A DNA stretch of 64,000 nt. Origin: Balanoglossus misakiensis. Lineage: Eukaryota > Animalia > Hemichordata. Where the stretch lies: contig CM082591.2 in the NCBI GenBank assembly GCA_040954595.2, positions 10,495,309 to 10,559,308 of the forward strand, read 5' to 3'. The position numbers were made by a program, and so were the translations under genes. Shown in pieces: positions 53,990-64,000 of the stretch. Under the pieces are notes generated by a model, which searched no databases, was not told the DNA's origin, and saw only the letters and a program-made list of their open reading frames with translations. Within the stretch, counting starts at the first letter, position 1; each line of letters starts with the position of its first letter.

Positions 53990-56900
53990 AAAGCAACCAT
54001 GGAAACTTTAGAACTATCCGTCGTTCTACAGAGTCTAGTGGAAAACTTTCTTATGCGCATAGGCCTATCATGTGTTCTGCGCATCACAACATATTTCCTT
54101 AAATAAACGAGGCTGTGTTTGGAAGCATCCATGGAAATTTTAGAACTATCCGTCGATCTACCGAGTCTATCAGAAAACTTTCTCATGCGCATAGGTCTAT
54201 CGTGTTTTCTGCGCATCACAACAGATTTCCTCAAATAAACGAGGGTGTGTTTGGAAGCAACCATGGAAACTTTAGAACTATCCGTCGATCTACAGAGTCT
54301 AGTGGAAAACTTTCTCAGGTGCATAGACCTATCATGTGTTCTGCGCATCACAACAGAATTTTGTAAATAAACGAGGGTGTGTTTGGAAGCAACCATGGAA
54401 ACTTTAGAACTATCCGTCGATCTACAGAGTCTAGTGGAAAACTTTCTTATGCGCATAGACCTATCATGTGTTCTGCGCATCACAACAGAATTTTGTAAAC
54501 AAACGAGGCTGTGTTTAAAAGCAACCATGGAAACTTTAGAACTATCCGTCGATCTACAGAATCTAGTGGAAAACTTTCTTATCCTCATAGGCCTATCATG
54601 TGTTCTGCGCATCACAACAGAATTTTGTAAACAAACGAGGCTGTGTTTGGAAGCAACCATGGAAACTTTAGAACTATCTGTCGATCTACAGAGTCTAGTG
54701 GAAAACTTTTTTATCCTCATAGGCATATCATGTGTTCTGCGCATCACAACAGAATTTTGTAAACAAACGAGGCTGTGTTTGGAAGCAACCATGGAAACTT
54801 TAGAACTATCCGTCGATCTACAGAGTCTAGTGGAAAACTTTTTTATCCTCATAGGCCTATCATGTGTTCTGCGCATCACAACAGAATTTTGTAAACAAAC
54901 GAGGCTGTGTTTGGAAGCAACCATGGAAACTTTAGAACTCTCCGTCGATCTACAGAGTCTAGTGGAAAATTTTTATCCTCATAGGCCTATCATGTGTTCT
55001 GCGCATCACAACAGAATTTTGTAAACAAACGAGGCTGTGTTTGGAAGCAACCATGGAAACTTTAGAACTATCCGTCGATCTACAGAGTCTAGTGGAAAAC
55101 TTTCTTATCCTCATAGGCCTATCATGTGTTTTGCGCATCACAACAGAATTTTGTAAATAAACGAGGGTGTGTTTGGAAGCAACCATGGAAACTTTAGAAC
55201 TATCCGTCGATCTACAGAGTCTAGTGGAAAACTTTCTTATGCGCATAGACCTATCATGTGTTCTGCGCATCACAACAGAATTTTGTAAACAAACGAGGCT
55301 GTGTTTAAAAGCAACCATGGAAACTTTAGAACTATCCGTCGATCTACAGAGTCTAGTGGAAAACTTTCTTATCCTCATAGGCCTATCATGTGTTCTGCGC
55401 ATCACAACAGAATTTTGTAAACAAACGAGGCTGTGTTTGGAAGCAACCATGGAAACTTTAGAACTATCCGTCGATCTACAGAGTCTAGTGGAAAACTTTC
55501 TTATCCTTATAGGCCTATCATGTGTTCTGCGCATCACAACAGAATTTTGTAAACAAACGAGGCTGTGTTTGGAAGCAACCATGGAAACTTTAGAACTATC
55601 CGTCGATCTACAGAGTCCAGTGGAAAACTTTCTTATCCTCATAGGCCTATCATGTGTTCTGCGCATCACAACAGAATGTTGTAAACAAACGAGGCTGTGT
55701 TTGGAAGCAACAATGGAAACTTTAGAACTCTCCGTCGATCTACAGAGTCTAGTGGAAAACTTTCTTATCCTCATAGGCCTATCATGTGTTCTGCGCATCA
55801 CAACAGAATTTTGTAAACAAACGAGGCTGTGTTTGGAAGCAACCATGGAAACTTTAGAACTATCCGTCGATCTACAGAGTCTAGTGGAAAACTTTCTTAT
55901 CCTTATAGGCCTATCATGTGTTCTGCGCATCACAACAGAATTTTGTAAACAAACGAGGCTGTGTTTGGAAGCAACCATGGAAACTTTAGAACTATCCGTC
56001 GATCTACAGAGTCTAGTGGAAAACTTTTTTTATCCTCATAGGCCTATTATGTGTTCTGCGCATCACAACAGAATTTTGTAAACAAACGAGGCTGTGTTTG
56101 GAAGCAACCATGGAAACTTTAGAACTATCCGTCGATCTACAGAGTCTAGTGGAAAACTTTCTTATCCTCATAGGCCTATCATGTGTTTTGCGCATCACAA
56201 CAGAATTTTGTAATTAAACGAGGGTGTGTTTGGAAGCAACCATGGAAACTTTAGAACTATCCGTCGATCTACAGAGTCTAGTGGAAAACTTTCTTATGCG
56301 CATAGACCTATCATGTGTTCTGCACATCACAACAGAATTTTGTAAACAAACAAGGCTGTGTTTAAAAGCAACCATGGAAACTTTAGAACTATCCGTCGAT
56401 CAACAGAGTCTATTGGAAAACTTTTTTATCCTCATAGACCTATCATGTGTTCTGCGCATCACAACAGAATTTTGTAAACAAACGAGGCTGTGTTTGGAAG
56501 CAACCATGGAAACTTTAGAACTATCCGTCGTTCTACAGAGTCTAGTGGAAAACTTTCTTATGCGCATAGGCCTATCATGTGTTCTGCGCATCACAACATA
56601 TTTCCTTAAATAAACGAGGCTGTGTTTGGAAGCATCCATGGAAATTTTAGAACTATCCGTCGATCTACCGAGTCTATCAGAAAACTTTCTCATGCGCATA
56701 GGTCTATCGTGTTTTCTGCGCATCACAACAGATTTCCTCAAATAAACGAGGGTGTGTTTGGAAGCAACCATGGAAACTTTAGAACTATCCGTCGATCTAC
56801 AGAGTCTAGTGGAAAACTTTCTCAGGTGCATAGACCTATCATGTGTTCTGCGCATCACAACAGAATTTTGTAAATAAACGAGGGTGTGTTTGGAAGCAAC

Positions 56901-59900
56901 CATGGAAACTTTAGAACTATCCGTCGATCTACAGAGTCTAGTGGAAAACTTTCTTATGCGCATAGACCTATCATGTGTTCTGCGCATCACAACAGAATTT
57001 TGTAAACAAACGAGGCTGTGTTTAAAAGCAACCATGGAAACTTTAGAACTATCCGTCGATCTACAGAATCTAGTGGAAAACTTTCTTATCCTCATAGGCC
57101 TATCATGTGTTCTGCGCATCACAACAGAATTTTGTAAACAAACGAGGCTGTGTTTGGAAGCAACCATGGAAACTTTAGAACTATCTGTCGATCTACAGAG
57201 TCTAGTGGAAAACTTTTTTATCCTCATAGGCATATCATGTGTTCTGCGCATCACAACAGAATTTTGTAAACAAACGAGGCTGTGTTTGGAAGCAACCATG
57301 GAAACTTTAGAACTATCCGTCGATCTACAGAGTCTAGTGGAAAACTTTCTTATCCTTATAGGCCTATCATGTGTTCTGCGCATCACAACAGAATTTTGTA
57401 AACAAACGAGGCTGTGTTTGGAAGCAACCATGGAAACTTTAGAACTATCCGTCGATCTACAGAGTCCAGTGGAAAACTTTCTTATCCTCATAGGCCTATC
57501 ATGTGTTCTGCGCATCACAACAGAATGTTGTAAACAAACGAGGCTGTGTTTGGAAGCAACAATGGAAACTTTAGAACTCTCCGTCGATCTACAGAGTCTA
57601 GTGGAAAACTTTCTTATCCTCATAGGCCTATCATGTGTTCTGCGCATCACAACAGAATTTTGTAAACAAACGAGGCTGTGTTTGGAAGCAACCATGGAAA
57701 CTTTAGAACTATCCGTCGATCTACAGAGTCTAGTGGAAAACTTTCTTATCCTTATAGGCCTATCATGTGTTCTGCGCATCACAACAGAATTTTGTAAACA
57801 AACGAGGCTGTGTTTGGAAGCAACCATGGAAACTTTAGAACTATCCGTCGATCTACAGAGTCTAGTGGAAAACTTTTTTTATCCTCATAGGCCTATTATG
57901 TGTTCTGCGCATCACAACAGAATTTTGTAAACAAACGAGGCTGTGTTTGGAAGCAACCATGGAAACTTTAGAACTATCCGTCGATCTACAGAGTCTAGTG
58001 GAAAACTTTCTTATCCTCATAGGCCTATCATGTGTTTTGCGCATCACAACAGAATTTTGTAATTAAACGAGGGTGTGTTTGGAAGCAACCATGGAAACTT
58101 TAGAACTATCCGTCGATCTACAGAGTCTAGTGGAAAACTTTCTTATGCGCATAGACCTATCATGTGTTCTGCACATCACAACAGAATTTTGTAAACAAAC
58201 AAGGCTGTGTTTAAAAGCAACCATGGAAACTTTAGAACTATCCGTCGATCAACAGAGTCTATTGGAAAACTTTTTTATCCTCATAGACCTATCATGTGTT
58301 CTGCGCATCACAACAGAATTTTGTAAACAAACGAGGCTGTGTTTGGAAGCAACCATGGAAACTTTAGAACTATCCGTCGTTCTACAGAGTCTAGTGGAAA
58401 ACTTTCTTATGCGCATAGGCCTATCATGTGTTCTGCGCATCACAACATATTTCCTTAAATAAACGAGGCTGTGTTTGGAAGCATCCATGGAAATTTTAGA
58501 ACTATCCGTCGATCTACCGAGTCTATCAGAAAACTTTCTCATGCGCATAGGTCTATCGTGTTTTCTGCGCATCACAACAGATTTCCTCAAATAAACGAGG
58601 GTGTGTTTGGAAGCAACCATGGAAACTTTAGAACTATCCGTCGATCTACAGAGTCTAGTGGAAAACTTTCTCAGGTGCATAGACCTATCATGTGTTCTGC
58701 GCATCACAACAGAATTTTGTAAATAAACGAGGGTGTGTTTGGAAGCAACCATGGAAACTTTAGAACTATCCGTCGATCTACAGAGTCTAGTGGAAAACTT
58801 TCTTATGCGCATAGACCTATCATGTGTTCTGCGCATCACAACAGAATTTTGTAAACAAACGAGGCTGTGTTTAAAAGCAACCATGGAAACTTTAGAACTA
58901 TCCGTCGATCTACAGAATCTAGTGGAAAACTTTCTTATCCTCATAGGCCTATCATGTGTTCTGCGCATCACAACAGAATTTTGTAAACAAACGAGGCTGT
59001 GTTTGGAAGCAACCATGGAAACTTTAGAACTATCTGTCGATCTACAGAGTCTAGTGGAAAACTTTTTTATCCTCATAGGCATATCATGTGTTCTGCGCAT
59101 CACAACAGAATTTTGTAAACAAACGAGGCTGTGTTTGGAAGCAACCATGGAAACTTTAGAACTATCCGTCGATCTACAGAGTCTAGTGGAAAACTTTTTT
59201 ATCCTCATAGGCCTATCATGTGTTCTGCGCATCACAACAGAATTTTGTAAACAAACGAGGCTGTGTTTGGAAGCAACCATGGAAACTTTAGAACTCTCCG
59301 TCGATCTACAGAGTCTAGTGGAAAATTTTTATCCTCATAGGCCTATCATGTGTTCTGCGCATCACAACAGAATTTTGTAAACAAACGAGGCTGTGTTTGG
59401 AAGCAACCATGGAAACTTTAGAACTATCCGTCGATCTACAGAGTCTAGTGGAAAACTTTCTTATCCTCATAGGCCTATCATGTGTTTTGCGCATCACAAC
59501 AGAATTTTGTAAATAAACGAGGGTGTGTTTGGAAGCAACCATGGAAACTTTAGAACTATCCGTCGATCTACAGAGTCTAGTGGAAAACTTTCTTATGCGC
59601 ATAGACCTATCATGTGTTCTGCGCATCACAACAGAATTTTGTAAACAAACGAGGCTGTGTTTAAAAGCAACCATGGAAACTTTAGAACTATCCGTCGATC
59701 TACAGAGTCTAGTGGAAAACTTTCTTATCCTCATAGGCCTATCATGTGTTCTGCGCATCACAACAGAATTTTGTAAACAAACGAGGCTGTGTTTGGAAGC
59801 AACCATGGAAACTTTAGAACTATCCGTCGATCTACAGAGTCTAGTGGAAAACTTTCTTATCCTTATAGGCCTATCATGTGTTCTGCGCATCACAACAGAA

Positions 59901-60880
59901 TTTTGTAAACAAACGAGGCTGTGTTTGGAAGCAACCATGGAAACTTTAGAACTATCCGTCGATCTACAGAGTCCAGTGGAAAACTTTCTTATCCTCATAG
60001 GCCTATCATGTGTTCTGCGCATCACAACAGAATGTTGTAAACAAACGAGGCTGTGTTTGGAAGCAACAATGGAAACTTTAGAACTCTCCGTCGATCTACA
60101 GAGTCTAGTGGAAAACTTTCTTATCCTCATAGGCCTATCATGTGTTCTGCGCATCACAACAGAATTTTGTAAACAAACGAGGCTGTGTTTGGAAGCAACC
60201 ATGGAAACTTTAGAACTATCCGTCGATCTACAGAGTCTAGTGGAAAACTTTCTTATCCTTATAGGCCTATCATGTGTTCTGCGCATCACAACAGAATTTT
60301 GTAAACAAACGAGGCTGTGTTTGGAAGCAACCATGGAAACTTTAGAACTATCCGTCGATCTACAGAGTCTAGTGGAAAACTTTTTTTATCCTCATAGGCC
60401 TATTATGTGTTCTGCGCATCACAACAGAATTTTGTAAACAAACGAGGCTGTGTTTGGAAGCAACCATGGAAACTTTAGAACTATCCGTCGATCTACAGAG
60501 TCTAGTGGAAAACTTTCTTATCCTCATAGGCCTATCATGTGTTTTGCGCATCACAACAGAATTTTGTAATTAAACGAGGGTGTGTTTGGAAGCAACCATG
60601 GAAACTTTAGAACTATCCGTCGATCTACAGAGTCTAGTGGAAAACTTTCTTATGCGCATAGACCTATCATGTGTTCTGCACATCACAACAGAATTTTGTA
60701 AACAAACAAGGCTGTGTTTAAAAGCAACCATGGAAACTTTAGAACTATCCGTCGATCAACAGAGTCTAGTGGAAAACTTTTTTATCCTCATAGACCTATC
60801 ATGTGTTCTGCGCATCACAACAGAATTTTGTAAACAAACGAGGCTGTGTTTGGAAGCAACCATGGAAACTTTAGAACTAT
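53990..60880. repeat. Nested higher-order repeat: 19-mer (2507 bp), 14-mer (1849 bp), then most of a second 19-mer, giving a 4356-bp (33-monomer) spacing between like markers
   Basis: Identical 83-aa ORFs at 54115, 56622 and 58471. Pairs 54959/59315, 55167/59523, 56013/60369 and 56224/60580 are 4356 apart. Pairs 56013/57862 and 56224/58073 are 1849 apart. Confidence 0.92.
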
Positions 60881-61779
60881 CCGTCGTTCTACAGAGTCTA
60901 GAGGAAAACTTTCTTATCCTCATAGGCCTATCATGTGTTCTGCGCATCACAACAGAATTTTGTAAACAAACGAGGCTGTGTTTGGAAGCAACCATGGAAA
61001 CTTTAGAACTATCCGTCGATCTACAGAGTCCAGTGGAAAACTTTCTTATCCTCATAGGCCTATCATGTGTTCTGCGCATCACAACAGAATTTTGTAAACA
61101 AACGAGGCTGTGTTTGGAAGCAACAATGGAAACTTTAGAACTATCCGTCGATCTACAGAGTCTAGTGGAAAACTTTCTTATCCTCATAGGCCTATCATGT
61201 GTTCTGCGCATCACAACAGAATTTTGTAAACAAACGAGGCTGTGTTTGGAAGCAACCATGGAAACTTTAGAACTATCCGTCGATCTACAGAGTCTAGTGG
61301 AAAACTTTCTTATCCTTATAGGCCTATCATGTGTTCTGCGCATCACAACAGAATTTTGTAAACAAACGAGGCTGTGTTTGGAAGCAACCATGGAAACTTT
61401 AGAACTATCCGTCGATCTACAGAGTCTAGTGGAAAACTTTTTTATCCTCATAGGCCTATCATGTGTTCTGCGCATCACAACAGAATTTTGTAAACAAACG
61501 AGGCTGTGTTTGGAAGCAACCATGGAAACTTTAGAACTATCCGTCGATCTACAGAGTCAAGTGGAAAACTTTCTTATCCTCATAGGCCTATCATGTGTTT
61601 TGTGCATCACAACAGAATTTTGTAAATAAACGAGGGTGTGTTTGGAAGCAACCATGGAAACTTTAGAACTATCCGTCGATCTACAGAGTCTAGTGGAAAA
61701 CTTTCTTATGCGCATAGACCAATCATGCGTTCTGCGCATCACAACAGAATTTTGTAAACAAACGAGGCTGTGTTTGGAA

Positions 61780-63600
61780 GCAACCATGGAAACTTTAGAA
61801 CTATCCGTCGATCTACAGAGTCTAGTGGAAAACTTTTTAATCCTCATAGGCCTATCATGTGTTCTGCGCATCACAACATAATTTTGTAAACAAACGAGGC
61901 TGTGTTTGGAAGCAACCATGGAAACTTTAGAACTATCCGTCGATCTACAGAGTCTAGTGGAAAACTTTTTTATCCTCATAGGCCTATCATGTGTTCTGCG
62001 CATCACAACAGAATTTTTATAAACAAACGAGGCTGTGTTTGGAAGCAACCATGGAAACTTTAGAACTATCCGTCGATCTACAGAGTCTAGTGGAAAACTT
62101 TCTTATCCTCATAGGCCTATCATGTGTTTTGCGCATCACAACATAATTTTGTAAATAAACGAGGGTGTGTTTGGAAGCAACCATGGAAACTTTAGAACTA
62201 TCCGTCGATCTACAGAGTGTAGTGGAAAACTTTCTTATGCGCATAGACCTATCATGTGTTCTGAGCATCACAACAGAATTTTGTAAACAAACGAGGCTGT
62301 GTTTAAAAGCAACCATGGAAACTTTAGAACTATCCGTCGATCTACAGAATCTAGTGGAAAACTTTCTTATGCGCATAGACCTATCATGTGTTGTGCGCAT
62401 CACAACAGAATTTTGTAAACAAACGAGACTGTGTTTGGAAGCAACCATGGAAACTTTAGAACTATCCGTCGTTCTACAGAGTCTAGAGGAAAACTTTCTT
62501 ATCCTCATAGGCCTATCATGTGTTCTGCGCATCACAACAGAATTTTGTAAACAAACGAGGCTGTGTTTGGAAGCAACCATGGAAACTTTAGAACTATCCG
62601 TCGATCTACAGAGTCCAGTGGAAAACTTTCTTATCCTCATAGGCCTATCATGTGTTCTGCGCATCACAACAGAATTTTGTAAACAAACGAGGCTGTGTTT
62701 GGAAGCAACAATGGAAACTTTAGAACTATCCGTCGATCTACAGAGTCTAGTGGAAAACTTTCTTATCCTCATAGGCCTATCATGTGTTCTGCGCATCACA
62801 ACAGAATTTTGTAAACAAACGAGGCTGTGTTTGGAAGCAACCATGGAAACTTTAGAACTATCCGTCGATCTACAGAGTCTAGTGGAAAACTTTTTAATCC
62901 TCATAGGCCTATCATGTGTTCTGCGCATCACAACAGAATTTTGTAAACAAACGAGGCTGTGTTTGGAAGCAACCATGGAAACTTTAGAACTATCCGTCGA
63001 TCTACAGAGTCTAGTGGAAAACTTTTTAATCCTCATAGGCCTATCATGTGTTCTGCGCATCACAACATAATTTTGTAAACAAACGAGGCTGTGTTTGGAA
63101 GCAACCATGGAAACTTTAGAACTATCCGTCGATCTACAGAGTCTAGTGGAAAACTTTTTAATCCTCATAGGCCTATCATGTGTTCTGCGCATCACAACAT
63201 AATTTTGTAAACAAACGAGGCTGTGTTTGGAAGCAACCATGGAAACTTTAGAACTATCCGTCGATCTACAGAGTCTAGTGGAAAACTTTTTTATCCTCAT
63301 AGGCCTATCATGTGTTCTGCGCATCACAACAGAATTTTTATAAACAAACAAGGCTGTGTTTGGAAGCAACCATGGAAACTTTAGAACTATCCGTCGATCT
63401 ACAGAGTCTAGTGGAAAACTTTCTTATCCTAATAGGTCTATCATGTGTTTTGCGCATCACAGCAGAATTTTGTAAATAAACGAGGGTGTGTTTGGATGCA
63501 ACCATGGAAACTTTAGAACTATCCGTCGATCTACAGAGTGTAGTGGAAAACTTTCTTATGCGCATAGACCTATCATGTGTTCTGCGCATCACAACAGAAT
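61780..63600. repeat. 1321-bp (10-monomer) imperfect duplication
   Basis: GAATTTTTATAAAC at ~62011 and ~63332. ORF pairs 62017/63338 and 62165/63486 are 1321 apart. Confidence 0.75.
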
Positions 63601-64000
63601 TTTGTAAACAAATGAGGCTGTGTTTGGAAGCAACCATGGAAACTTTAGAACTATCCGTCGATCTACAGTCTAGTGGAAAACTATCTTATCCTCATAGGCC
63701 TATCATGTGTTCTGCGCATCACAACAGGATTTTGTAAACAAACTAGGCTGTGTTTGGAAGCAACCATGGAAACTTTAGAACTATCCGTCGATCTACAGAG
63801 TCTAGTGGAAAACTTTCTTATGCGCATAGACCTATCATGTGTTCTGCGCATCACAACAGAATTTTGTAAACAAACGAGGCTGTGTTTGGAAGCAACCATG
63901 GAAACTTAAGAACTATCCGTCGATCTACAGTCTAGTGGAAAACTTTCTTATCCTCATAGGCCTATCATGTGTTCTGCGCATCACAACAGAATTTTGTAAA

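Larger units (their letters stand above)
1..64000. repeat. 132-bp tandem satellite DNA array (~485 monomers, one orientation), extending beyond both window edges; centromere/pericentromere-like
   Basis: AATTTTGTAAACAAAC starts at 1 and again at 133. The same unit continues to 64000 with no unique sequence. The ORF track shows a 44-aa periodicity on both strands throughout. Most monomers differ from consensus at only a few positions. A centromeric role is inference only. Confidence 0.99.

Noticed and set aside
1-64000. CRISPR array
   Set aside because: There are no unique spacers, the entire 132 bp repeats, and no cas genes are present.
1-64000. Transposon insertion or strand inversion within the array
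   Set aside because: Every stretch read matches the monomer in the same orientation. The largest foreign sequence is 8 bp.
1-64000. TALE-like or LRR-like repeat protein with variable code residues (MRID/ILID/ILIG)
   Set aside because: Synonymous sites are as invariant as the rest, there are no flanking domains, the unit lacks TALE or LRR consensus motifs, and variant order follows DNA duplication blocks.
1-64000. Assignment to a named satellite family or species
   Set aside because: I do not recognise the sequence with confidence; a database search is required.

Overview
The whole 64 kb window is one uninterrupted, head-to-tail, single-orientation tandem satellite array of about 485 monomers. 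The monomer is 132 bp and ~41% GC by manual count. Consensus: AATTTTGTAAACAAACGAGGCTGTGTTTGGAAGCAACCATGGAAACTTTAGAACTATCCGTCGATCTACAGAGTCTAGTGGAAAACTTTCTTAT[CCT/GCG]CATAG[A/G]CCTATCATGTGTTCTGCGCATCACAACAG. It resembles a eukaryotic centromeric or pericentromeric satellite, but I cannot name the family or organism. I found no real gene, RNA gene, transposon or CRISPR array. The long ORFs on both strands arise because 132 bp is 44 codons and one frame per strand lacks a stop. The informative signal is in the variants: local higher-order repeats whose period keeps changing (5- to 33-mers), spatially zoned variant families, 123-bp and 107-bp deletion monomers bounded by microhomology, two nearly mutually exclusive 10-bp palindromes that define monomer classes, a recurring ~10%-diverged monomer, and one 8-bp foreign insertion. 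HOR periods come from marker spacings; block boundaries are approximate to about one monomer.
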